From a virus (lineage: Duplodnaviria > Caudoviricetes): DNA of 37,742 nt. Both the position numbers and the translations under genes were made by a program. The notes below the pieces were generated by a model, which had not been told where the DNA came from, did not search any database, and was given only the letters and a program-made list of their open reading frames with translations. Shown here one piece after another: positions 26,391 through 35,254 of the stretch; the stretch's first letter is position 1; the number at the start of each line of letters is the position of its first letter. The stretch is taken from positions 1 to 37,742 of the IMG/VR virus record IMGVR_UViG_3300030493_000343; one strand, given 5' to 3'.

Positions 26391-26881
26391 AAAACATTGT
26401 CTTAATACTGATGATTGCGTTGGCCGGCTGCCATGGAAGAAAACAGCTTGTCTCAGTTTCCTGTCTGGATCTGAAAGACAGTACCCGGATTGAGGCTAAT
26501 CTCGATGCCGGAACATTAAAAGCCGCTTTGAGACAGATCCAGCGAACAGAGAGAAGGCAAATACAGGCAGATGAAAAGAAAGCGGTCACGGAGTCGAATA
26601 ACGAAGTTAGGAATAACGCTATCCATGCAAAAGCCGATGTGAAGAATAACCGGATCGATTCAGGTGTGGAAAAAGGGCAGACAAACGCGGATGTGAAAAA
26701 GGAAAAGGCAAAGGCCGGTGTGGAGAAAGCAAAAGCGAAATGGCTCCCCAATACGCTAAAATGGGGATCTGCTTTTCTGCTTGTCCTGCTTGGCGCGTTC
26801 ATTTACATTAAGAAAAAGACCAGTATCCTGACAAAGATAAAAAGTATTGGGACCTGGCTGTTTAAAATCATCAAATCTTGA
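26387..26881 (+). CDS. Putative unimolecular spanin
   Basis: Lipobox LAG-C15 plus a C-terminal TM (WGSAFLLVLLGAFIYI-KKK), directly after the endolysin. Confidence 0.65.
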   Translation: MKNIVLILMIALAGCHGRKQLVSVSCLDLKDSTRIEANLDAGTLKAALRQIQRTERRQIQADEKKAVTESNNEVRNNAIHAKADVKNNRIDSGVEKGQTNADVKKEKAKAGVEKAKAKWLPNTLKWGSAFLLVLLGAFIYIKKKTSILTKIKSIGTWLFKIIKS

Positions 26882-28977
26882 TCGATGCAAGCAAAATAGT
26901 AGAAGAGAACCTCCGCAGGCGGAAAAGACTAAACAGCCCTTATGATCAGATGACTGGGGAAGGGTGCCAGGGAGAAAGGGTGCGACTGGAAATAAAGGAC
27001 GCTCCCTTTCCCGTTTTATTTATCCCGGAGCCGATGATGCAGGAAGAGGTTTGTAAGTTGCTGCAGGAACATGGCTCTATCAGGGAGGTTTATAAAAGCT
27101 TCGGAGTTAAAGAGGTAACAGAAGAACTCTGGTCGGACTTCTGGATTAGCTTTTGCGAACTGCGATATAAGTATGACTTTGAGTTTTTTGCTATTACCTG
27201 CATCACCATCCGGGATAAAATTTCAGCAAGGGATATTCCCTTTAAATTAAACAGAGGGCAAAGAAGGTTATTGGACCGGTTGGAAGGAATGCGAACAGCT
27301 AACGTTCCGATCCGTATTATGGTGCTTAAGGCACGGCAGTGGGGAGGATCTACCCTTATTCAGCTTTACATGTTCTGGATCCAGATGATCCATAAACGGA
27401 ACTGGAACAGCGTGATCTGTGCTCACATCAAAGACGGTGCAATCACGATCCGGGCCATGTTTGAACGGGCCATCAAAAATATGATCCCGGTTAGTGGCAT
27501 TTGGCATGTGATCAAAAACTACCAGAATACCCAAAATATCAAAGAAGTGCCTGAGCGCGGATGCCTGATAACGGTAGGAACTGCGGTAGAACCTGACTCT
27601 GTCCGTTCCCAGGATGCCAAGATGGTCCATTTTTCTGAAATGGCGTATTACCCCAACACGGACAATAACAACCCCCAGAAACTTGAAACCTCTATTGTGG
27701 GGTCGATCCCGGCAGAGCCTTATACGTTGGTTGCCCGGGAAAGTACGGCAAATGGTGTTGGGGATTACTTTTATGAAGAATGGGAAAAGGCAAAGATGGG
27801 AGAAACAGCCTATGACGCGGTGTTTGTGGAATGGTTCCTGATCAACATTTACAGCCGGGATTTTAACGGGTACTATTTTCTTCATAACGGGAAAAAGAAG
27901 AAAGGGAGCACAGAAGACTTTATCAGGTCAATGAATGAATACGAGATCAACCTTTTTAATAATAAACCGGATTGTACCCTTGAAAATATCAACTGGCGAA
28001 GGTTAAAAAGAGCGGAAGTGCCATCGGAGGCAACCATGAAACAGGAATACCCCTCTGACGATATCGAAGCCTTCCAGGATTCCGGATTGCCTGCATTCAG
28101 GTCTGAAGATGTAGAGGCATTAAGGAAAGACTGCCGTCTTCCGGAAGCAATTGGCGAACTGGTTTCAGACTGTCCTGCTGCCCTGGCAAAGCTGGAACCA
28201 AAAAGAAGAAAGGAAATACTGTCGAATATCCGGTTTGTTGAAAACAAAGATGCACTGGAGGACATCCAGACTTCCGATCCAAAATTGAAGGCCCGTGGTG
28301 AAAGAGATAAGTTAAAGGTATGGGAGTTCCCGGATACGTCCTTTAAAGTGAGCAACCGCTATGTTGTTGTCTTTGACCCGCAGAAAGGACTTTCAGAAAA
28401 GGCAGACTGGGGTGTTATCGCGGTGTTTGACCGGTATTGGATGAAGTATGGCGGCGTTCCGGAGATTGTTGCTGAATGGCGTGGCAGGGTTGACAAGGAT
28501 AACGCTATTTGGATTGCGGCCATGGTTGCTGAATTTTACAACAACGCCCTGCTGGTTGTGGAAAGCAATACATACGATACGGACGATAAGGAAGACGATG
28601 CCGAATTTATCTTTGATACGATCACTGATTACTACGGGAATCTATATTCCAGGACTCCGGCAGACAAGATCCGGGAAGGAGCGCCCATCGAATACGGCTT
28701 TCATACAAACCGGAGTACAAAGCCGATGATCGTTGGGAATTTTGTCGCTTTGCTCCGCGAGAGAGGATATAAGGAAAGAAACCCGGAGGCGCTTAACGAA
28801 GCAAGGGTTTATGAGAAAAAACAGAATGGAAAATATGGCGCCAAGGAAGGAAAGCACGATGATATTATAATGACCCGGATGATTGGTGGGCATATCTGTT
28901 ATAAATTACCCCTTCCGGCTGTTATTGAAGAAATGAAATATACTCCCGCAAGGCTTGTTGGAGAATCAAGTATATGA
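26878..28977 (+). CDS. terL: Terminase large subunit
   Basis: Walker A VLKARQWGGST, Walker B VHFSE, ESTANG motif, nuclease motifs VVVFDP, LVVESN, GKHDD; TTG start overlapping the spanin stop. Confidence 0.93.
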   Translation: MIDASKIVEENLRRRKRLNSPYDQMTGEGCQGERVRLEIKDAPFPVLFIPEPMMQEEVCKLLQEHGSIREVYKSFGVKEVTEELWSDFWISFCELRYKYDFEFFAITCITIRDKISARDIPFKLNRGQRRLLDRLEGMRTANVPIRIMVLKARQWGGSTLIQLYMFWIQMIHKRNWNSVICAHIKDGAITIRAMFERAIKNMIPVSGIWHVIKNYQNTQNIKEVPERGCLITVGTAVEPDSVRSQDAKMVHFSEMAYYPNTDNNNPQKLETSIVGSIPAEPYTLVARESTANGVGDYFYEEWEKAKMGETAYDAVFVEWFLINIYSRDFNGYYFLHNGKKKKGSTEDFIRSMNEYEINLFNNKPDCTLENINWRRLKRAEVPSEATMKQEYPSDDIEAFQDSGLPAFRSEDVEALRKDCRLPEAIGELVSDCPAALAKLEPKRRKEILSNIRFVENKDALEDIQTSDPKLKARGERDKLKVWEFPDTSFKVSNRYVVVFDPQKGLSEKADWGVIAVFDRYWMKYGGVPEIVAEWRGRVDKDNAIWIAAMVAEFYNNALLVVESNTYDTDDKEDDAEFIFDTITDYYGNLYSRTPADKIREGAPIEYGFHTNRSTKPMIVGNFVALLRERGYKERNPEALNEARVYEKKQNGKYGAKEGKHDDIIMTRMIGGHICYKLPLPAVIEEMKYTPARLVGESSI

Positions 28978-28986
28978 TGTCGAAAA
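28977..28986 (-). promoter_or_regulatory. TTTTCGACAT motif, copy 4 (inverted)
   Basis: ATGTCGAAAA at the terL stop, 40 nt upstream of TATTTTTG (29027-29034). Confidence 0.5.
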
Positions 28987-29042
28987 CATTTGGTTGTGAA
29001 CGCATTATTGACAGATAATACTGGCTTATTTTTGCAAAAAAG

Positions 29043-29426
29043 ATGTCTATGATTAAAGAGATTGCTTTGGATTTCAAAGAATACCGGATCTGGTTTCAAA
29101 ACTGGTTGTTTTACTGGCGGCACTCAATTAAAATGAGCCTGGCTATTAAGCTGGCCGATATTAAGCAAAAGGCTTTCAATAAACGGTATTTTATCATGTT
29201 ACTGGAATTATCTGCAGGTGATAAGCTTGTTTCGATAAACAATAAGGAGTTTGATAAATGCAAGCGAAAAGGCTGGCTCCCGAAACGAATGACCATGCTG
29301 GAGTTGGAGAGGGAGAGTTTTTATCAGACGGCACTGAGCCGGAATAATAAGGTAAGTTCAAAAGACCGGAAGGCGGCAAAGGAAAGATATTTAAAGTATG
29401 CGAAGAAATATTTGCGGGCAGGTTGA
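29043..29426 (+). CDS. Hypothetical basic phage protein
   Basis: 127-aa ORF with an upstream TATTTTTG element and a downstream terminator. Confidence 0.7.
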   Translation: MSMIKEIALDFKEYRIWFQNWLFYWRHSIKMSLAIKLADIKQKAFNKRYFIMLLELSAGDKLVSINNKEFDKCKRKGWLPKRMTMLELERESFYQTALSRNNKVSSKDRKAAKERYLKYAKKYLRAG

Positions 29427-29453
29427 TTTAGTTTAGCGATGTGGTTTAATTGG

Positions 29454-29482
29454 AAAAGAGGGGTGAAAGCCCCTCTTTTTTT
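29454..29482. terminator. Intrinsic terminator (likely bidirectional)
   Basis: AAAAGAGGGG-tgaaag-CCCCTCTTTT followed by further T. Confidence 0.85.
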
Positions 29483-29655
29483 ACGTGAAAACTTCTTTCA
29501 AAATATCAACCGGGTAGGTGTGCTTTGTGCCATATCGCTTGCTTGGGATAGTTCCCGGTTCGATATTCCTCTCAGCGCACAGTTTAGCGGCCTTTCTCCC
29601 GAAAACACGGGAATCATACAGGCTAAGAACTATATTGTGGATGTTACAGTAATCG
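29481..29655 (-). pseudogene. Remnant of an antirepressor-like C-terminal domain
   Basis: YCNIHNI...FGRKAAKLCAERNI...SKRYGTKHTYPVDILKEVF resembles phage antirepressor C-termini; the upstream in-frame sequence is the TA promoter region and does not look protein-like. Confidence 0.45.
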
Positions 29656-29681
29656 CAATGGCCTTTTTCTGTTTTTTTTTG

Positions 29682-29689
29682 TAACTTTG
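29682..29689 (+). promoter_or_regulatory. -7 element of the toxin-antitoxin operon
   Basis: TAACTTTG ending 35 nt before the antitoxin ATG. Confidence 0.65.
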
Positions 29690-29723
29690 AACCAAAATTG
29701 GTACACATTTAAAATTTGAAGAT

Positions 29724-29984
29724 ATGGCGGTATTACAGGTAACGGCGAGACAGTTCAGGGAGAAACAAAAAAGCTTCTTCGAACTGGCGGACAAGGGGCA
29801 AAAAGTAATCATCAAAAGGGGCAGGAAACAGGCCTATGTACTGACCCCGATTGATGACGACGACTTGTATTTTACCCCGGAAATGCTCGAAAAAATAGAC
29901 CGCTCGATGCGGCAGGCCCGGGAAGGAAAAGTAACAACGGTAGAGACAGAAGAAGAGCTCACGAAATTTCTTGACAGTTTATGA
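29724..29984 (+). CDS. Phd/YefM family antitoxin
   Basis: VTARQFREKQKSFFELADKGQKVIIKRG Phd fold; ATGA overlap with the toxin. Confidence 0.88.
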   Translation: MAVLQVTARQFREKQKSFFELADKGQKVIIKRGRKQAYVLTPIDDDDLYFTPEMLEKIDRSMRQAREGKVTTVETEEELTKFLDSL

Positions 29985-30256
29985 GCTACAAAATCTGCTT
30001 TACGCAGGAGGCTGCAGAGGACCTTTCTAAGCTAAAGAAAAATGAACCGGCAGCGTTCAAAAAAGCTGAAGAACTTCTCAGGGAACTAAGAGAACATCCC
30101 CGTACAGGAACGGGGAGACCCGAACAAATGAAGCACGGGTACAAAGGATGCTGGTCAAGACGGATCACGCAAAAACACCGCATGGTCTATTCCGTTGACG
30201 ATGAGAAAATAACTGTCTTGGTTATTTCAGCCATGGGCCACTATGGTGATAAATAG
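29981..30256 (+). CDS. yoeB: Txe/YoeB family toxin
   Basis: HPRTGTGRPEQMK...WSRRITQKHRMVY...GHY. Confidence 0.93.
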   Translation: MSYKICFTQEAAEDLSKLKKNEPAAFKKAEELLRELREHPRTGTGRPEQMKHGYKGCWSRRITQKHRMVYSVDDEKITVLVISAMGHYGDK

Positions 30257-32872
30257 TTATTTCATTTTTGAATTACCGTATTCGTTATCTGCCAATACAT
30301 CGATAAACTGAATCTCTGTTCCATCGCTGACTTGCCCGCCAAAAGAGAACAAAAATTGTCGGAATTTGACCGATCCCATAAGTCCCATATCGATATCTCT
30401 CAGGTTATTCGGCTTCATCTGTAGCCCGCGGGTCCCTTTGAATAGTGCGCCATCGTTCGAGTGATGTATCATACAAACAGCGGCCTTGCCCACAACAGGC
30501 GTATTCAGCTCATAGATCGTAGCCCGCAGGATCATCCGCTCCAACTTCTTCACATCCTCTGAGCCAAAAGTGAGTGGCCTGGTTATAAAACTCATATGTG
30601 CTGTTGAGCTGTTAGCTTCAGAAAAGTCTTTCAGCTTTTGCCCTTCCAGTACCAGCAATTTGGCCGGGGTATTCTTTATGATCAAACTGATCTTTTCCGT
30701 AGACCGGTAAAACAACTTAGCCGGGATATTTAAAACGAAATTAAAGTCTGATTCCTTATCGGATATGATCAACTCCGATTCAAGCGGGTTGTACGCGATA
30801 TTATCCAGAGCTGACAGGTAAGTCAAGAATGAACTTTGATACGGGTCATGGACAACACCGGTTACCTGGTCGGGCTTCTCAATATTTAGCGCAACAGGGG
30901 CCTGCTCTAATTGTGGTGACAACAGCTCAACCGATTGTCCGTTAATCAGCATCAGTCCCCGGGGACCTGTAAAAACAACTCCAAACGGTGTGGAACAAAC
31001 AACTTTGGTTGTAGGAGCTTCCGGGTAAGTCGGAGCCGACAACGTAGAATAAACTACTTCCCCGGTGCCTACAGCAAGCGTCCAGATACCTTGGGTAGTG
31101 AAAATATACAGCGGATATTGTCCATAGTTACGATCTGCAACATTCATGGAGTTTGTTGCTACGGCCAATATTTCCCCACTGCCAGCTTGATAGACGTTCT
31201 TGTTAAGGAATGATAAAGGATTTGACAGTTCAGATACCTTAATCTTATTACCTTCCTGTAAGGTAACAGGCGTCGAACTGTATGGCGACGCCGAAAGAGC
31301 TGTATTTGTAGTCTGGACAATCGGGTTTAAGCCATCATTCAGGTAATAGGCAAGGTTCAGGAAGTTGTGTTCCTTAAGATTAACGGCTAATACTTTGTAC
31401 CAGCTACCTGATGAATGCCTGTATACAGTGAGCTTCTTTGCCCGCGGATCAGGATATGATATAAACCCGCTCAAGAACAGCTTATAAATGCCGGAAGCGT
31501 CAGTATTGTATAATCCTTTATATACCTTTTCGTTAGCAAGACCTGTATTAATCTCAACTTCGATCAAAAGACTGTCCCAAATCGGACCCGGCGCATCCGC
31601 GTATTTATATCCGTTATAATTGCCGTACGTGGTAACATTCGCATCAAGCCATAGAAAATAATCCGGATTAAATCCTTTAAAAAAAGTTGTTTTTATATCG
31701 GCCAGATGGAGCCGGTTGTTATAGGCGTAACTTACTTTAGCCCCGTATTTGTGATTTGAAAAATTATCATCGGTCATTACTTCCTGCTGTATCAGATTTT
31801 CTGCGGAAGAAACATCCTTGTTTTCAGACAGGAATTCATAAGGGCTTAGTACGCTTGCTGACGTCCCTAATTCAAAACTTTTAACCAGATAGAAGCTGGA
31901 AGTATTCGCAACATTCTTTAACGCCTCGGCAGGAATCAGAGTTATCGCCTGGCGGTCCCAGAATGTTGCCGATGAGCTTGTGGGAAGGTCTTTTATATTA
32001 TCAACCTGAGATATGCCAAGGGGTGCGGACATGAAAAGATCAACTGATTGTATGATATCCGCCCATTCGGAAAACCCGGTCAAGTCAAACCATGTGTAAA
32101 TACGATACCCGTACACGTCGGTATATGATGCATCGTCGAGTTCTCCGGCCGCATCAAAATTATAGTATAAACGTTTAAGATCGAGTATGTTCCTGACAGG
32201 CATAATCAGGATAGGAGGAGAATGCTTTGTCAGGGTTCCGTCGTATAGCCTGAAGGCGTAGCGGACAAAGCAAGCATCAAAAAGCTGGTATCCCTGTGCA
32301 GCTATAGGATCGCCGTTTTCGTCAACTCCGCCGTTAACTAAAACGTCCATCGCCTTATTTATAAGCCCTTTTGCAGATTTTAAAAAGTTATCAGTCGTTC
32401 GGGTTATCGTTCCGTGACCGTACTCGTTAATAAAATAATATTTAGCGTGTGACATTACCGTGGATGTTTTGAAACTAAGCGGCGGGCATTGCGGCATTTC
32501 GCCCAAAAACCGGTATTGACCATTGCGGAAAAACAAGTAGAATACAGAATCATCCGTAACGATTGATAAGGTATTGCCTATCTGCTCAATCCCGTTGACT
32601 GACGTACCGATGACGGTTATTGCATCGGGGTTTGCGTCCCGGATGTCGTAGTAAACGGTTCCGCCAATAGTGCCAATCCAGTTTTCGTAATCGTTGCCCC
32701 GGTGTACAAAAACGATATTATAACTCTGAGATAAATCCTGGAGAATCTTCCTGGGCGAAACAGGATGCATCGCACCGTTTTTAGGACGTAGATTGACCAG
32801 TGAACGGGTTGCACCTTCTTCGTAGGCGCTTGTTGTGGAAATTCCTTTGATTGGTATAGAAAATCTTGCCAT
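30257..32872 (-). CDS. Tail stabilisation/nozzle protein (P22 gp10-like role)
   Basis: 871-aa beta-rich protein; SLVNLRPKNG, YNNRLHLAD, IKVSELSNPLSF, YGQYPLYIFTTQGIW pattern of podovirus tail hub proteins. Confidence 0.6.
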   Translation of the reverse strand: MARFSIPIKGISTTSAYEEGATRSLVNLRPKNGAMHPVSPRKILQDLSQSYNIVFVHRGNDYENWIGTIGGTVYYDIRDANPDAITVIGTSVNGIEQIGNTLSIVTDDSVFYLFFRNGQYRFLGEMPQCPPLSFKTSTVMSHAKYYFINEYGHGTITRTTDNFLKSAKGLINKAMDVLVNGGVDENGDPIAAQGYQLFDACFVRYAFRLYDGTLTKHSPPILIMPVRNILDLKRLYYNFDAAGELDDASYTDVYGYRIYTWFDLTGFSEWADIIQSVDLFMSAPLGISQVDNIKDLPTSSSATFWDRQAITLIPAEALKNVANTSSFYLVKSFELGTSASVLSPYEFLSENKDVSSAENLIQQEVMTDDNFSNHKYGAKVSYAYNNRLHLADIKTTFFKGFNPDYFLWLDANVTTYGNYNGYKYADAPGPIWDSLLIEVEINTGLANEKVYKGLYNTDASGIYKLFLSGFISYPDPRAKKLTVYRHSSGSWYKVLAVNLKEHNFLNLAYYLNDGLNPIVQTTNTALSASPYSSTPVTLQEGNKIKVSELSNPLSFLNKNVYQAGSGEILAVATNSMNVADRNYGQYPLYIFTTQGIWTLAVGTGEVVYSTLSAPTYPEAPTTKVVCSTPFGVVFTGPRGLMLINGQSVELLSPQLEQAPVALNIEKPDQVTGVVHDPYQSSFLTYLSALDNIAYNPLESELIISDKESDFNFVLNIPAKLFYRSTEKISLIIKNTPAKLLVLEGQKLKDFSEANSSTAHMSFITRPLTFGSEDVKKLERMILRATIYELNTPVVGKAAVCMIHHSNDGALFKGTRGLQMKPNNLRDIDMGLMGSVKFRQFLFSFGGQVSDGTEIQFIDVLADNEYGNSKMK

Positions 32873-32932
32873 TTTTTTTGATAAAAATAAGTTGGTAAAA
32901 ATGTTGAATCCGGACTTGATGCAAAAAAATGA

Positions 32933-33196
32933 TTACGGATCAACTGCTTTGAGAAATGGAACAGCGATTTCATCGTTACATGAGATGAGATTTTCAGCAC
33001 GCTTTATTCCGCTGCTGATTGTTGAATGCGCCTTTCGATTAAACATGGCTGCAATATCAACCATCTTCAGTCCTTTCCTGTTGAGATATCTCCAGTATAC
33101 TGCCCGGGCAATGGCTACTTCTTGTTTGCGGGTTGTCCCTTTTATGGTATGAACCGGAATGTTGATTTGGTTGGCGTAATGTTCGAGTGTTTTCAT
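32933..33196 (-). CDS. Stand-alone DnaA domain IV-like HTH protein
   Basis: IKGTTRKQEVAIARAVYWRYL...KMVDIAAMFNRKAHSTISSGIKR mirrors the DnaA C-terminal pattern (R..ei..aRq.amyL...IG..F.RDHTTV). Confidence 0.8.
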   Translation of the reverse strand: MKTLEHYANQINIPVHTIKGTTRKQEVAIARAVYWRYLNRKGLKMVDIAAMFNRKAHSTISSGIKRAENLISCNDEIAVPFLKAVDP

Positions 33197-33411
33197 TATT
33201 GCTTAAGTGGTTAATGATAAATTTTTTATGCGTTTCCTGATTAAAATATGATCATGATTGTTTTGAGAAGATGATTAAGATTTTTTCCTTATGTTCTATT
33301 TGAATTCCCATTTAGTTACCGTAACTTTCATTTGACCTTTATGATTTACAAATAGATAGAATTGTTAGTCCGATCTTTAAAAGATTGCAAAACCATCAAA
33401 AACAAACCTTT

Positions 33412-33885
33412 ATGGGAAGACAAATAGTCACCGAAAAAGACCTGTCCTATTTTTATGAGTTGGAAGATTCAGTTGCATCTTCAAGGGAATATGCAAGATC
33501 AGAAGAATCACAGGACAAAGAGAACATTAAAGTCGTAAGCATCGAAAGTAAGGACGATTATTTTAATCGGCTGTTGAAATATATTCCGGCAGAAATTGTT
33601 GGATTATATCTCACTCTTGCTAATATCACAAACACGCAATCTGTTGCTGAATGGATTAGCTGGTTTGTTTTTGTCGTTTGCTTGTTATTGACTCCGTTAT
33701 ACCTCTGGAGAGTATTGAAAGTAATGAAGTCCACCCAACTCATTATCTCCACCTTATCTTTTGTGGTTTGGAGTTACGCTATTGGAGGCCCTTTTGAACA
33801 AAGTGGATTGTTTAACAATGTTTTTGCTGCAATTCTTTTGCCGATCTACACGGTACTAATCCCAATTATTAAACCTGAAAATTGA
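33412..33885 (+). CDS. Moron: 4-TM membrane protein
   Basis: DYFNRLLKYIPAEIVGLY...LLTPLYLW...SFVVWSYAIGGPF; opposite strand to neighbours, AT-rich; ATG 33412. Confidence 0.75.
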   Translation: MGRQIVTEKDLSYFYELEDSVASSREYARSEESQDKENIKVVSIESKDDYFNRLLKYIPAEIVGLYLTLANITNTQSVAEWISWFVFVVCLLLTPLYLWRVLKVMKSTQLIISTLSFVVWSYAIGGPFEQSGLFNNVFAAILLPIYTVLIPIIKPEN

Positions 33886-33994
33886 TATGTGATTAATTTA
33901 AGTCTTTTCACTGATAGGAGTGAATCACAATTTTATTGACAAACTGAATAAGACAACCGTTTATATTTCAGAACAAAAACAGCCATAAATTATT

Positions 33995-34651
33995 ATGAAT
34001 AATATATTTCAGAATTCATGGTTCATAGCTATAGCCAGTTCGGTTGTATCAATAGTAGTTGTTTCGCTTCTTCACTCATTTTCAAAGTTAGTGCGGTCAT
34101 TATTTGGGATATATTCTGGTCAATATGTTTCTATTACGGAGGTTCCTCCGATTGGTAATTATTTAATTGAAAATGTTAGATGTAGACATTGGGCGAATAG
34201 ATTGACAGGGAAGATAAATGGTGTAGCAGTGCTTGACAGAAAAAGTCATAGCAATCTTGGAGAGAATCAGGGGAACTACCAGTTTACAGGTTTTGTTAAA
34301 GAACGTGTTATTGTCTTGTCATATCAAACAACGGTTTCTCGTTTACATAGTATCGGAGCCATTTCGATGAAGGCGGATGCTCTAGGATTCATATTTTCAG
34401 GGAGCTGGATAGGACTTGTTAACAACAATCTCAAAGTAGGTAAATGCAAGTGGATTAGGATATCTCCACCGATTTCAGCCAGGAAGAATCGCGAATATTT
34501 AATAAATTATGCATTACAAATGATCAACTTTAATTCAATTGATGAAGTGATTGAATTTCAATCACTTGAGAAATTTTATTATTTTAAAAGAGTACAAAGA
34601 GATAAATATAACTTTTTATCGCAATTGTTTCGCTTTAGTAATAAGCAATAA
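33995..34651 (+). CDS. Moron: TM + beta-barrel protein (Cap15/S-2TM-beta-like)
   Basis: N-terminal TM, then beta-strand pattern YSGQY, LTGKI, YQFTG, VLSY, GAISM, FSGSW, KWIR; AT-rich. Confidence 0.5.
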   Translation: MNNIFQNSWFIAIASSVVSIVVVSLLHSFSKLVRSLFGIYSGQYVSITEVPPIGNYLIENVRCRHWANRLTGKINGVAVLDRKSHSNLGENQGNYQFTGFVKERVIVLSYQTTVSRLHSIGAISMKADALGFIFSGSWIGLVNNNLKVGKCKWIRISPPISARKNREYLINYALQMINFNSIDEVIEFQSLEKFYYFKRVQRDKYNFLSQLFRFSNKQ

Positions 34652-34846
34652 TTAATCTTGAGCCTACTTTCGTTTAATGGCTCTAAAAGAATATCATTAT
34701 TCCAAGGAGAATCCTGAGGAACAAATACAGACTAGATTCTTCCCTTTTCATTCTTTATAGTCCAATGGTCCATGGAGTAATTCTATAAACAGCCAACCGA
34801 CAATTAAATGGATCAGCCTATTTTCTGTCGGCTGGCCAAATCCGTT

Positions 34847-35029
34847 TCATCTTGATTGATAATTTGAAAGTTGCTGTTTTAGGTGGTCAATCATCATCTT
34901 TAATCCGGCTGCAGGCTTGGTGTGTTCAATCCAGGGCTTACCTGCTTTCATGAGCTCGATACACTCGCCTTTAATTGTGTCGTACTTTTTCTGGTATTCA
35001 GATAAAAGTTCCTCTAACATTTCTTTCAT
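34847..35029 (-). CDS. Hypothetical phage protein (60 aa)
   Basis: Tightly packed in the leftward early operon. Confidence 0.6.
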   Translation of the reverse strand: MKEMLEELLSEYQKKYDTIKGECIELMKAGKPWIEHTKPAAGLKMMIDHLKQQLSNYQSR

Positions 35030-35032
35030 TGA

Positions 35033-35254
35033 TTATTGATTTAGTTTTCCGATTATTAACCTAGATGATGTCTCTAAAAGCGGAGTTCCTGCTGGCATCC
35101 CTGTTTGATAACTTAGTAACGCTTGCCCTTCCCTGGACTCTGGAATAAGTACTGGACCGAAATCTTCGATAACACGATCGACAATGCAAACACCATAATG
35201 CTTGTGGCTTACTTTGTCTCCATTTCTTAATGAATAAATGTCTTTGTTTTTCAT
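35033..35254 (-). CDS. Hypothetical phage protein (SH3/KOW-like start)
   Basis: LRNGDKVSHKHYGVCIV; ATGA coupling to the upstream gene. Confidence 0.65.
   Translation of the reverse strand: MKNKDIYSLRNGDKVSHKHYGVCIVDRVIEDFGPVLIPESREGQALLSYQTGMPAGTPLLETSSRLIIGKLNQ

Noticed and set aside
34655-34850. Possible stop-codon-recoded ORF starting at ATG 34850 with an early TAG
   Set aside because: The frame also hits TAA soon after, and TAG is a normal stop elsewhere in the prophage (e.g. yoeB); more likely decayed sequence.
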